A stretch of DNA of 64,000 nucleotides from assembly GCA_035488835.1 (NCBI GenBank), contig DATHKX010000073.1, positions 30,690 through 94,689 of the forward strand, given 5' to 3'. Below are positions 43,801 through 53,385 of this stretch, one piece after another. The DNA comes from Gemmatimonadales bacterium. GTDB taxonomy: Bacteria > Gemmatimonadota > Gemmatimonadetes > Gemmatimonadales > GWC2-71-9. Below the pieces are notes generated by a model, which saw only the letters and a list, made by a program, of their open reading frames with translations, did not search any database and had not been told where the DNA came from. Positions within the stretch are counted from its first letter, which is position 1, and each line of letters starts with the position of its first letter. The position numbers and the translations under genes are program-made.

Positions 43801-44865
43801 ATGGACAACCTGGCTCATACCCTCGTTGGCGCCGCGCTGGGTCGCGCCGTCGGCGGTCGCGAGCTGCCCGCGTCCGGATGGATCGGCGCGATCGCCGGGA
43901 ATGCCCCGGACTGGGCCGAGCTGCTGTTGAAGCCGGGCTTGTGGACCCGCCCGGCCGGGGGCGAGTACCTGATCTATCATCGCGGGATCACGCACTCCTT
44001 TGTCGGGGCTGCGGTCGAGATCGTTGCGCTGACCGGTGTGATTGCCGTCTTGTCGCGCTTGTGGGCCCGCCGCGCGGGTGTGCCGCCCCCGCCCTGGCGC
44101 TGGGTCGCCGCGTGCGTCACCGCGACCGTCGTGAGTCACCTCTACCTCGACTGGCAGGGATCCTACGGCTTACGACCGTTCCTTCCCTGGAGCGCGCAGT
44201 GGTACTATGCCGATTGGGTCGCGATCGTGGATCCGTTCTTCTGGGTGGTGCCGCTCGTGGCGCTCGCGTGGGGCGCACGGCGACACTGGGCTCCGGCGCT
44301 CGTGTACCTCATCACGCTCATCGGAGTCATGACGCTGGTGGTGTGGCGTCGCGACCTCGTTGTGTGGTGGGTCCAGCTCGCGATGGTCGGGTGCGCAGCG
44401 GTCGGCGTGATGGGCTGGACCCGCCATTGGTTCGGTGTCGCGGGCCGGCGCCGCGCCGCGGCGTACGGCCTGGTCGTGCTCGCCGCCTACGCCGCCGCGA
44501 GCGCCGGAGTGAGCGTCGCGGCCAAAGCACAGGCTCGCGGCGCCGCGATCCAGCGGTTCGGACCCGACGCGCGCTGGGCGGCGCTCACGAGCGTGGGGCG
44601 TCCTTTCCGCTGGGAAGCGCTGTTCGCTTCGACGGACAGCGTCGCGGGACGCGGGTGGGCCGTGGCCCGGCACCTCGACCTTCCCCCGGTGCGCGCGGCG
44701 CTCATCACCTCGCAGGGCCACGCGATCGCGCAATTCGCCCGGTTTCTCGCGGCGGCGGTGGATTCGAGCGACGGCAGTGTGCGGGTGTCGCTGTGGGATG
44801 TGCGCTACCACGCACCGGGGTCGGGCGCCCCCGGCTGGGCCACAGTGCAGGTCCGGCTCCGCTGA
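43801..44865 (+). CDS. Membrane-bound metal-dependent hydrolase, YdjM/DUF457-like
   Basis: Starts MDNLAHTLVGAALGRA, then HRGITHS, then multiple TM helices. Confidence 0.68.
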   Translation: MDNLAHTLVGAALGRAVGGRELPASGWIGAIAGNAPDWAELLLKPGLWTRPAGGEYLIYHRGITHSFVGAAVEIVALTGVIAVLSRLWARRAGVPPPPWRWVAACVTATVVSHLYLDWQGSYGLRPFLPWSAQWYYADWVAIVDPFFWVVPLVALAWGARRHWAPALVYLITLIGVMTLVVWRRDLVVWWVQLAMVGCAAVGVMGWTRHWFGVAGRRRAAAYGLVVLAAYAAASAGVSVAAKAQARGAAIQRFGPDARWAALTSVGRPFRWEALFASTDSVAGRGWAVARHLDLPPVRAALITSQGHAIAQFARFLAAAVDSSDGSVRVSLWDVRYHAPGSGAPGWATVQVRLR

Positions 44866-44887
44866 CGCGGTTAGATTGGGCGGCGCG

Positions 44888-46594
44888 ATGAACCACCCGA
44901 CCCCCCCTGCCGACTTGCTGGACGACGTCGTCCGCACGCTCACGCCGGCGTTCCGCTTGGACCAGCGGGTCGCCGCCGCGCCCGAGCGCGCTGTGTACCA
45001 CGCGTGGGACCGTGTGCTCAAACGCTCGGTCGCTTTGCACGTGCACCTGGCGCCCGACTCTCCGGGGCGCGCCTGGTTCCTGCGCGAGACCGAAACGCTC
45101 GCGGCCCTCGACCACCCGGCGATTCGCCATGTCTACGCCGCCGGTCTGGAGGGCACGTTCGCATACCGCACCGCCAACTGGGTCGAGGGAGAGAGCCTTG
45201 CCCAGGCACTACGCCGGGGGCCGCGCGCGATCCCCATGGCTCACGCGCTGGTGCGCGACCTGCTCGGCGCAGCCGAGCACGCTCACGCCCGCGGCGTCAT
45301 TCTGCGGCGCATCGTCCCGCTGACGCTCATGCTCGAGCTTACAGGTCGGGCGGTGATCACGGACCTCCGCTACTGCAATTGGTGTCTCCCGAATGTGCCG
45401 CCGGAAGAGCAGGGCGCGGGCGGCGCCTTCGTCGCGCCTGAAGTGCGAGCCGGAAACCCCGGCGAGCCCGCGAGCGACGTGTACGGCGTGGCCGCCCTCG
45501 TCTACTACGTCCTGACGGGTCAGGAGCCGGATCTGGATCCCGCCCGCATCACGCCACCGCGCCAGCTGCGGCCCGCGGTACCGGCGGCCCTGGAGCGGGT
45601 GCTGTTGCGCGCGCTTCAGGCCGCGCCGGGCGACCGCTACTACACGGCGACAGAGATGCTCGAGGACTTCGTGAGCGACGCGGGCGTGTTTCAGGAGCCG
45701 GCGGCGGCACCGCAGGTGGCGGAGGCGGGGTTCGAGCGCCGCCTGCGGCGCGCGCTTGGCGACGACTACGAGCTGCTCGAGGAGATCGGGACGGGCGGTT
45801 TCGGCCGGGTGTATCGCGCGCGCGACCTGGGGCTCGAGCGGGACGTCGCGATGAAGGTCCTCCACCCCTCGCTCACGACCGATCCCTCGGTGATGGAGCG
45901 GTTCCGGCGTGAGGCACAGCTCGCGGGCGGGCTCCGCCACCCGAGCATCGTCAGCATCTACGACATCAGGAGCCGGGCGGGGCTGCAGTGGTACACCATG
46001 GAGCTCGTGCCGGGAACGAACCTGGCGCAGCTCGTCCACAAACACGGACCGCTCTCGCTCGATCAGACGGTCCGCCTGGTCGATCAGGGGCTGTCGGCGC
46101 TCGAGCACGCGCACGCGCTCGGCCTGGTGCACCGGGACTTGAAGCCCGAGAACATGCTGATCGAGCCGGACGGCCGGCTGCGCATCACGGACTTCGGGCT
46201 GGCGCTCGCGCTGCGCGGGGACTCCCGGTTCGGCGGCGCCAGCTCCCGCAGCGGCACGCCGCAGTTCGCCGCGCCGGAGCAGCTCCTGGGCGAGCCGGTG
46301 GACCAGCGCGCCGACCTGTACTCGCTCGCTGCCACGGCCTACTTCGCTCTGTTGGGCCGCCCGCCCTACGAGGGACCCACCCCCGAAGCGATTCTGGCGC
46401 GCCAAACCACAGAGGACCCGCCGTCCCTCCATGACGCGCGCAAGGAAGTGCCGCGGGAGCTGGAGGACGTGCTGCGCAAGGCGCTGGCGAGTGAGCCGGC
46501 CGCACGCTATCCGACCGCCACCGCTTTCCGCGACGCGCTGCGGCGGTCGCGCGGCCTCTTGTTCCGGCTGCGCGCGCTGCTCTGGGGAAAGTGA
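44888..46594 (+). CDS. Tandem pseudokinase / Ser-Thr protein kinase (Hanks type), soluble
   Basis: ATG at residue 38 of ORF 44777..46594. Domain 2 has all catalytic motifs: GTGGFGRVY, VAMKVL, HRDLKPEN, DFG, APE. Domain 1 is kinase-like but has AAAPERA for the G-loop, VALHV for VAxK, ILRRIVPLT for HRDLKPxN and TDL for DFG. Confidence 0.85.
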   Translation: MNHPTPPADLLDDVVRTLTPAFRLDQRVAAAPERAVYHAWDRVLKRSVALHVHLAPDSPGRAWFLRETETLAALDHPAIRHVYAAGLEGTFAYRTANWVEGESLAQALRRGPRAIPMAHALVRDLLGAAEHAHARGVILRRIVPLTLMLELTGRAVITDLRYCNWCLPNVPPEEQGAGGAFVAPEVRAGNPGEPASDVYGVAALVYYVLTGQEPDLDPARITPPRQLRPAVPAALERVLLRALQAAPGDRYYTATEMLEDFVSDAGVFQEPAAAPQVAEAGFERRLRRALGDDYELLEEIGTGGFGRVYRARDLGLERDVAMKVLHPSLTTDPSVMERFRREAQLAGGLRHPSIVSIYDIRSRAGLQWYTMELVPGTNLAQLVHKHGPLSLDQTVRLVDQGLSALEHAHALGLVHRDLKPENMLIEPDGRLRITDFGLALALRGDSRFGGASSRSGTPQFAAPEQLLGEPVDQRADLYSLAATAYFALLGRPPYEGPTPEAILARQTTEDPPSLHDARKEVPRELEDVLRKALASEPAARYPTATAFRDALRRSRGLLFRLRALLWGK

Positions 46595-46610
46595 TGCCGG
46601 GGCAGCGGCC

Positions 46611-47642
46611 CTAACGCCAGCGGAAGATCTGCAGCGCTACCACGAAGCTCACGACCCCCCACGCCGTCACGATGCCCAGCGGGGCGCCGAGCTCGCTCAG
46701 CCGGCTGCCGTCGATCATCACGGCGCGGAGCGCGTCGTTCAGCGCCGTGAGTGGCAGGGCCTTCACGAACGGCTGCATCGCGTCGGGGAAGCGGGCGTAC
46801 GAGAAAAACGTGCCCGACACAATCCACATCGGGAGCATCACGAGGTTCATCAGTCCGGAGACCGCCTCGATGGTGCGGGCGCGGCTCGCCACCAGCATGC
46901 CGAGCCCGGCGAACGAGAGGGCGCCGAGCACCGTGATCATCGCGACCGCACCGAACGAACCGCGGACCCCCACGTGGAACACCCACCAGCCGAAGCCTAC
47001 GAGCGCCGCTACCTCGAGGAACAGGAATACGAGCCGGGACAGAATGAACGAGAGGAGGTAGTGACTCCGGCGCATCGGGGTCGCCATGAAACGCTTGAGC
47101 AGCTTCTTGGTGCGGGCCTGCACGACCGAGAATCCGACGCCCCACAGCCCGCTCCCCATGAGATTCATACCGAGCAGGCCGGGGATGAGGAAGTCGATGT
47201 AGCGCGAGCCCGGCTCGGTGACCCGCTGGTCTGAGACGCGCGCCGGATCGGCGCGGCCACGAGCGCGCTGCACGACTTCGTCCGCTTCGAGCCGGGCCAG
47301 CCGGCTCTCGGTACGGGTCGAGTCGTAGCGGTACACCACCGGATCGCCCGGCACCACGAGCAGCGCGACGCGACCGGTGCGAAGCTGGAGCCGCGCCTCA
47401 CCCGAGTCGAGCAGCGCCGCCGTGAGCCCGGGCGCGCGGGCCAGCGCGGCCGCCACCGCGCTGTCCCCCGCTCCGCGGAGCACCGCGACCCGCAGCTCGC
47501 CCGGCCCCCGGTTCCGAAACGCGATCCCGAGCGCGAACGCCAGGACGATCGGGAACCCGAACACCCAGAAGATCGCTTCGGGCTCGCGATAGAACTCCCG
47601 CATGCGCGCGAGGGTCAGCTGGACGAGCGGATGGTCACGCAT
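46611..47642 (-). CDS. ABC-2 type transporter permease with a large N-terminal extracytoplasmic loop
   Basis: ATG (MRDHPLVQLTLARMREFYREPEA) at residue 89 of ORF 46611..47906. It overlaps the ATPase stop by 8 nt. Confidence 0.8.
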   Translation of the reverse strand: MRDHPLVQLTLARMREFYREPEAIFWVFGFPIVLAFALGIAFRNRGPGELRVAVLRGAGDSAVAAALARAPGLTAALLDSGEARLQLRTGRVALLVVPGDPVVYRYDSTRTESRLARLEADEVVQRARGRADPARVSDQRVTEPGSRYIDFLIPGLLGMNLMGSGLWGVGFSVVQARTKKLLKRFMATPMRRSHYLLSFILSRLVFLFLEVAALVGFGWWVFHVGVRGSFGAVAMITVLGALSFAGLGMLVASRARTIEAVSGLMNLVMLPMWIVSGTFFSYARFPDAMQPFVKALPLTALNDALRAVMIDGSRLSELGAPLGIVTAWGVVSFVVALQIFRWR

Positions 47643-48576
47643 CGCGCAGCTGCCGGCCGGTGAGCGATACGAAGACGTCCTCGAGGGTGGCGTGGTGGGT
47701 GGCGAGCAGCGAAAGCTCGGCGCCCCGCCGCTCCAGGAGCCCAAGCAGCGCGGGCACGGCGCGATGCACCTCGGCCACCGTGAGGGCAGTGCGATCGAGC
47801 CCCGGGCGCACCGCGCGCACGCCCGGCAGCGCGGCCAGCTCCGAGGGGCTGGGCGCGCGCGTCGCGCCATCCGCCAGGGCGAACTCCACGACGTGTTCGG
47901 CACCAAGGGTGGCGATCAGGGAGCGGGGCGTCCCGAGCGCGATGACCTTGCCATGGTCCATGATGGCGACCCGGTCGCACAGACGCTCGGCCTCTTCCAT
48001 ATAGTGCGTGGTGAGCAAGACGGTGCCGCCCGCCGCGCGAAAGTGGCCGATCACCTCCCACAACTGACGGCGCGACTGCGGGTCGAGGCCCGTGGTGGGC
48101 TCGTCGAGGAACAGGAGCTCGGGCTTGGAGACGAGCGCGCACGCCACCGCGAGACGCTGCTTCTGGCCGCCCGAGAGCTTGCCCACCCACGCGGCACGCT
48201 TCTCCTCGAGCCCCACCAGGCCGAGTACTTCCTCTACAGAGTGTGACGCCCGGTAGAAGCTGCGGAACAGGCGAACGGTCTCTTCGACCGTGAGTTTCTC
48301 GGCGAGTTGCGTATCCTGCAGCTGAATCCCCAGGCGCTCGCGTAGCGCGCGGGCGTTCGCGCCCCCCGTCCAACGCATCCCGAGGACTTCGACTTCGCCC
48401 CGGTCGGGTGCCGTGAGCCCTTCGAGGATCTCGATGGTGGTCGTCTTCCCCGCCCCGTTGGGCCCCAGCAGACCGAAGCACTCCCGTGCGTTGATCGTGA
48501 GATCGAGCCCCGCGACCGCGACGACGTCCGCGTATCGCTTCGCGAGCCCGGCACAGCGGATGGGAGGGGCGGGCAA
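47635..48576 (-). CDS. ABC transporter ATP-binding protein (DrrA-like exporter class)
   Basis: Walker A GPNGAGKTT, signature LSGGQKQR, Walker B LFLDEPT. Confidence 0.9.
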   Translation of the reverse strand: MPAPPIRCAGLAKRYADVVAVAGLDLTINARECFGLLGPNGAGKTTTIEILEGLTAPDRGEVEVLGMRWTGGANARALRERLGIQLQDTQLAEKLTVEETVRLFRSFYRASHSVEEVLGLVGLEEKRAAWVGKLSGGQKQRLAVACALVSKPELLFLDEPTTGLDPQSRRQLWEVIGHFRAAGGTVLLTTHYMEEAERLCDRVAIMDHGKVIALGTPRSLIATLGAEHVVEFALADGATRAPSPSELAALPGVRAVRPGLDRTALTVAEVHRAVPALLGLLERRGAELSLLATHHATLEDVFVSLTGRQLRDA

Positions 48577-48578
48577 GG

Positions 48579-48950
48579 TCAGGCCGGCTTCTTCGGCTCC
48601 GGTGGCGTCGTGGCCTGCTTCATCGCGGCATCGAGCTGCATGTAGAGGCTATTCACCGAATCGGCGAGCGCGCGGACCTTCATATTGATTCCACCGCCGC
48701 GGCCGGCCATGACCGACATGGTGCCGGCGACGTCGGCGATCGTCCCGACGTTCGCGGTGAGCGCCCGTTGCCGCATCTGGGATGCTTCGTTTGCGATCTT
48801 CTCGCTCAGCTGCTGAATGGTGCGCGTCTGGCCAGCCCGGTTCCCCTCGAGCTCGGTGACGAGGCGGTTCAGGTGATCGGCGGCGCGCCGAAACTCCTCG
48901 ATCTCCTCGATGCGCCGGAGCTGGTCGGCGGTGAGCTTCTGGTGCGCCAC
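48579..48950 (-). CDS. Hypothetical coiled-coil protein (123 aa)
   Basis: ORF with heptad-like charged helices (LRRIEEIEEFRRAADHLNRLVTELE). Its stop lies 2 nt before the ABC ATPase start. No family recognised. Confidence 0.5.
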   Translation of the reverse strand: MAHQKLTADQLRRIEEIEEFRRAADHLNRLVTELEGNRAGQTRTIQQLSEKIANEASQMRQRALTANVGTIADVAGTMSVMAGRGGGINMKVRALADSVNSLYMQLDAAMKQATTPPEPKKPA

Positions 48951-48957
48951 CCTCGCC

Positions 48958-50523
48958 TCAATTCTCCGCGCCGAGCGCTTCGGTCAGGACGCGCCCGTCC
49001 AAGGGCTCTGCGGGGGTGAGGTCGAGCAGCCGAGCCAATGTCGGCGCGATGTCCACGGTGTTGACCCGCCCACTGTACACGCCGCGCTGGATCCCGGGGC
49101 CCCACAGGATCAGCGGCACGTGCGCATCCAGCTCGGTCGGCTGACCGTGCATCGCGATGAAGACGTTCGCAGGACTCCAGATCGAGTACGGCTTGAGCGT
49201 CGCGACGAGCTCCACGCCGCCATCCGGCGCCACCTGGTGCATCCAGCGGCGCACCACTGGATCGGCCGTGTCTTTGGCGCTGAGATCGACCGGGCGGTCC
49301 ACCCTAGCCACGCCGGCCAGCGCCCGCAGCCGGGTCGCCACATCCGCGACCACGCTGTCCACATTCACACCCTGCGCCACCAGCGTGGCGCGATCCGGAA
49401 CCATCAGCATCCCGCTCTCGAACTGGACCCAGTCGCCGCCGCCGGCGCGCTGGTCGAGCGCAGCGTTCACGCTCCGGATGATCGTGTCGGGGATCACGCG
49501 CACCGCTCCCGGGTGTCCCATGGTGCGAGAGCGCTCGGGGAACGGGGTCACTCCGTGGTCGGCGGTCAGTACCACGAGCACGTTGTTTCTGCCGTAGCGC
49601 ACAAACAGCTGCTCGAGGAACCGGCCGAGATACCGGTCCAGCCGCACCACCTGGTCGTGGATCTCACGCGAATCGGGGCCGTACGCGTGACCGACGTAGT
49701 CGGTCGTGGACAAGCTCACGGCGAGCAAGTCCGTCGCGCCGCGCCCGCCGAGTTGCAGGGCGCGGACCCCCTCGAGGGCGAACGCAAGGGTGAGCGAATC
49801 CATCGTCGGTGTCGCGACGAAGGCGAACGCCGCCTCGGCGCTGTCGGCCGGGAGACGGTGGGGGAACACGACCTCCCGCCCTTGGTTCTCGTAGGCGACG
49901 CTGTCCGGCTCGGGGTATTCCCGCTCCGGGAGGAAGAGCGTCCACTGTGTCCCCGCCGCGCGGAAGGGAATGCGCTGCCCGTTGAATACCCGGACCCACG
50001 TCGGGAGCGAATCAGCGTAGTACCGGCTCGTGGTGAAGTAGCCCCCAGAATACCAGTACACGTGCTCTTTGGCCCGGCCGATCGGCAGAATCGCGCCGCG
50101 GTCCTTCCCGGAAATCGAGAGCGCGCGCGCCCCGGAGTCCGCGGCCTTCAGCCAGTCAAAGAACTCGGTCCCGCGAAACCGGGCGGGGGACGCACCGGCG
50201 CCGTTGACGCCGATCAGCGGCGCAGCCTGATCCTGCACACCCGCGAGGTTGCGGGTGATGCCGGTGTGCACCGGCCAGCGCCCTGACAGAATTGTCGAAT
50301 GCCCCGGAGCGGTCTCGGTGACCGCGTGGTCCTGGTAGGCGTCGGTGAACGAGGCGCCGGTCTTCAGGAGCATGGCGAACCCGCCCTTGAGCTGCGGCCG
50401 GTAGCGCTCCAGGTAGTCGGGGCGTAGCTGGTCGACGGTGATCACCACGACGAGCCGGGGCTTGGGGGCAGGCGCGCTTCCCACACCGAGGCCCGCGAGC
50501 AGCAGAAAGAGGGGTCGAATCAT
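48958..50523 (-). CDS. Alkaline phosphatase / nucleotide pyrophosphatase family (PafA-like), secreted
   Basis: Signal peptide. VVVITVDQLRPDYL, and the nucleophile context TETAPGHSTILSG. Confidence 0.85.
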   Translation of the reverse strand: MIRPLFLLLAGLGVGSAPAPKPRLVVVITVDQLRPDYLERYRPQLKGGFAMLLKTGASFTDAYQDHAVTETAPGHSTILSGRWPVHTGITRNLAGVQDQAAPLIGVNGAGASPARFRGTEFFDWLKAADSGARALSISGKDRGAILPIGRAKEHVYWYSGGYFTTSRYYADSLPTWVRVFNGQRIPFRAAGTQWTLFLPEREYPEPDSVAYENQGREVVFPHRLPADSAEAAFAFVATPTMDSLTLAFALEGVRALQLGGRGATDLLAVSLSTTDYVGHAYGPDSREIHDQVVRLDRYLGRFLEQLFVRYGRNNVLVVLTADHGVTPFPERSRTMGHPGAVRVIPDTIIRSVNAALDQRAGGGDWVQFESGMLMVPDRATLVAQGVNVDSVVADVATRLRALAGVARVDRPVDLSAKDTADPVVRRWMHQVAPDGGVELVATLKPYSIWSPANVFIAMHGQPTELDAHVPLILWGPGIQRGVYSGRVNTVDIAPTLARLLDLTPAEPLDGRVLTEALGAEN

Positions 50524-50536
50524 GGGCGAAAGCTAG

Positions 50537-51760
50537 TCAGGCGGTGGCGGCTACTGGAGCCTCCCGCCGCTCCCGGAAGGCCATGAGCCCGGCCACGGCC
50601 ACGATGGCGGCTGCGAGCAGGAACGGGACGCCGTGCCCGAGCCCGTCGAAGGCCAGGGTCGCTCCAACGGGCCCCACGATGCTCATGATCCCGCGGAACG
50701 TTTGCTGCGCGCCCATGACCAGACCGAGCTCATGCTTGGCGGTGCGCCGACTCACGAGCGACGTGGACGCGGGGAACAGCAAGGCGGTCCCGACCGGCAC
50801 CAGAATGAGGAACACGATGAAGAGCACCATCCCCGGGGCTCCCGGCGTCAACGCCGCCGGCAGTGGCATCAGGGCCAGGCCCAGCCCGAGCAGCACGGTG
50901 CCGATCTGCATCGTGCGTACCTCGCCGAATCGATCGTTGAACCATCCGACGAGCCAGATGCGCATCAGGACACCCACGATCCCGAAGATGGGGAAGAAGT
51001 ATCCGATCGTGTCCTCGGTGACCGCGTACGTGTCCTTCAGGTACAACGCGAGGACGCCGATGACCACGTTCAACGCCAGCATCCCGACCACGTAGATCCA
51101 GATCACTCGATGCGCCGGCGTCGCCGGTTGTCGCATGATGTCCCACAGGGCCTGGCGCACGGACCGACTTTCCGTCGGCGAGACCTGCCGCCCGCTGAGC
51201 GTGGTCGTGCGACCATTCGAGACATTCGACTCCGGCAGCCATCTCCAGGCGAAATAGACGTTGATCAACACGAGGGCCGCCGCCACGACGCCCGGCACTT
51301 CGGTGCCGAACCGGTGCGCCACCGAACCGATGATCGGCCCGATGACGACGCCCGCGCTGGTCGCCGCGGACAGCCATCCCAGGGCCTTCGCCCGCTCGGC
51401 GGGCGCCATGGTGTCCGCCACGTACGCTTGCGCGACGCCGGTGGTCCCACCTCCCAGTCCCTGAACGATGCGGGACGCGAACAGCAGCCACAACGAATTG
51501 GCGAACCCGAAGATCAGATACGCGAACGCGGAGCCTGCGAGGCCGATGATCAGCGCCGGCCGGCGACCGTAGCGATCGGAGACCTTGCCCCACACGGGCG
51601 AGGAGACGAGCTGTGCAACCGCGAAGGACGCGATCAACGGCCCGACCATCCACTCCGGTGCATGGAGCCGCAACGCGTAAAAGGCCATGAGGGGAGCGAC
51701 CAGCATGAGCCCCATCATGTCCACGAAGCAAACCGCCATGAGCACCGACAAGCGCCTCAT
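50537..51760 (-). CDS. MFS transporter
   Basis: 12-TM pattern. Motif A-like GKVSDRYGRRPALIIG. ATGA overlap with the upstream permease stop. Confidence 0.85.
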   Translation of the reverse strand: MRRLSVLMAVCFVDMMGLMLVAPLMAFYALRLHAPEWMVGPLIASFAVAQLVSSPVWGKVSDRYGRRPALIIGLAGSAFAYLIFGFANSLWLLFASRIVQGLGGGTTGVAQAYVADTMAPAERAKALGWLSAATSAGVVIGPIIGSVAHRFGTEVPGVVAAALVLINVYFAWRWLPESNVSNGRTTTLSGRQVSPTESRSVRQALWDIMRQPATPAHRVIWIYVVGMLALNVVIGVLALYLKDTYAVTEDTIGYFFPIFGIVGVLMRIWLVGWFNDRFGEVRTMQIGTVLLGLGLALMPLPAALTPGAPGMVLFIVFLILVPVGTALLFPASTSLVSRRTAKHELGLVMGAQQTFRGIMSIVGPVGATLAFDGLGHGVPFLLAAAIVAVAGLMAFRERREAPVAATA

Positions 51761-53385
51761 CGTCTCGCTCCCACGCCGAGGACCAGAGCGCTCAGCACCA
51801 TCAGGATCACGCCGAACCCCGCCGCCACGCCCAGCTCCGACACGCGGAGGCTCGACATGATCTCGATCGAGATGGGCCGATTGTCGGGCGTGTAGAGGAC
51901 GATGGACGCCACAAAGTCGCCGAGCGCCGCGACGAACGCGAGGCTGCCGCCTGCGGCGAGCGCCGGCTTGAGGAGCGGCAGCGTCACCCGGCGGAACGTG
52001 GCCCAGCGCCCGGCACCGAGGCTCGCCGCCGCCTCGTCGAGCGCCGGGTCGAGTTGCCGGTACCCCGCCAGCACGGCGCGCCCGGTCACCGGAAGGTTGC
52101 GCACGAGGTAAGCGAGCGGCAGCAGCACCGTCGTCCCCACCAGCACCCAGCGCAGCGTGAGCGGGTCGTGTTTACTGAACGTCGTCAAGAGCGCCAGGGC
52201 GAACACCGTCCCGGGGAGGGCCCAGGGCAGCGCGAGGAGGACTTCGATCGGACCGCGGAACTGCCACGGCCGCCGCCTTCCGACGAGTATGCCGGCGACG
52301 AGCGCCACAGCGACCGCCGCAGCGGTGCTCGCCGCCGCCATCCATACCGAATTCACGAGCGGCCGCAGCCGCTCGGCCTCGCTGAACAACCGCCGATAGT
52401 TCACGAGCGAGAGCACCGGTGGCAGAGTCTCGGTCGTCCAGGTGCCGTAGGGGACGAGCGAGACGAGCACGAGCGTCAGGTGCGGCAGCAGGAGCACGAC
52501 GGCGAAGACCCACCCAGCCGTCGTGGCGAACGTGCGGACGCCGGCCCGGCGAATCGGCCGGCGGCGCGGGGCGGTCCCCTTGCCGAGCGCCGTGAGAATG
52601 TCGTCGCCCTCGGTGCGACGGAGCAGCGCGAATCCGAGGACCGCCACCAGCGCGAGCGCCACGGTCTCGACCATCGCCAGGGGCAGCTCGCCGTTGAGCT
52701 TGGTGGCGACGATCTGCGTGGTCATCACGCGAAACCCGCCGCCGAACACATACGGGGCGCTGAACGAGCCCACGGCGGTCATGAACACGAGCAACGCCGC
52801 CCCCGCGAGCGAGGGACGCAGGAGCGGTAGCGTCACCCGGCGGAGCGTCTCCCATCGCCCGGCGCCGAGCGCCTGGGCCGCCTCCAGCATCGAGGCGTCG
52901 AGCTTCGCGAGCCCGGCGCGGGTGAACAGGTAGAAGTACACGTACATCGAGTAGGCGTGCACCAGCAGGATCGCCCCCGCCCCCTGCAGCCGCCACGGCG
53001 CCTGCTCGAGGCCGAGCAGGCGCTGGACCGCGCGCGCCACGAATCCCGACTCACCGTACAAGAACAGGAACGCGATCACGCCGACGAATGGCGGCAACAC
53101 GGCGGGGAGGGCGATGAGCGAGCCGAGGGTCCTTCGGCCCGGGAACTCCAGCCACTCGAACAGAAACGCGAGCGGCACGCCGATCGCGGCGGCGAGCGCC
53201 ACGCTCGCCACGGAAATCCAGACGCTGGCCCACAGCACGCGCCACTCGCCGGGACGCGATACGAAGGCCGCGAGCGCATCGCCTTCCGCGGCATCGTGCA
53301 CGACGATCGCGATCGGGTACAGCACGAGCCACGCGAGCAGCAGGGTGAACGCCGCGCGAGCCGCGAGGCCCAGCCGCGCGTTCAC
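51757..53385 (-). CDS. ABC transporter permease, duplicated-domain FbpB/ThiP type
   Basis: 542 aa with two BPD_transp_1 halves (…LEAAQALGAGRWETLRRVTLPLL… and …DEAAASLGAGRWATFRRVTLPLL…). Confidence 0.85.
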   Translation of the reverse strand: MNARLGLAARAAFTLLLAWLVLYPIAIVVHDAAEGDALAAFVSRPGEWRVLWASVWISVASVALAAAIGVPLAFLFEWLEFPGRRTLGSLIALPAVLPPFVGVIAFLFLYGESGFVARAVQRLLGLEQAPWRLQGAGAILLVHAYSMYVYFYLFTRAGLAKLDASMLEAAQALGAGRWETLRRVTLPLLRPSLAGAALLVFMTAVGSFSAPYVFGGGFRVMTTQIVATKLNGELPLAMVETVALALVAVLGFALLRRTEGDDILTALGKGTAPRRRPIRRAGVRTFATTAGWVFAVVLLLPHLTLVLVSLVPYGTWTTETLPPVLSLVNYRRLFSEAERLRPLVNSVWMAAASTAAAVAVALVAGILVGRRRPWQFRGPIEVLLALPWALPGTVFALALLTTFSKHDPLTLRWVLVGTTVLLPLAYLVRNLPVTGRAVLAGYRQLDPALDEAAASLGAGRWATFRRVTLPLLKPALAAGGSLAFVAALGDFVASIVLYTPDNRPISIEIMSSLRVSELGVAAGFGVILMVLSALVLGVGARR

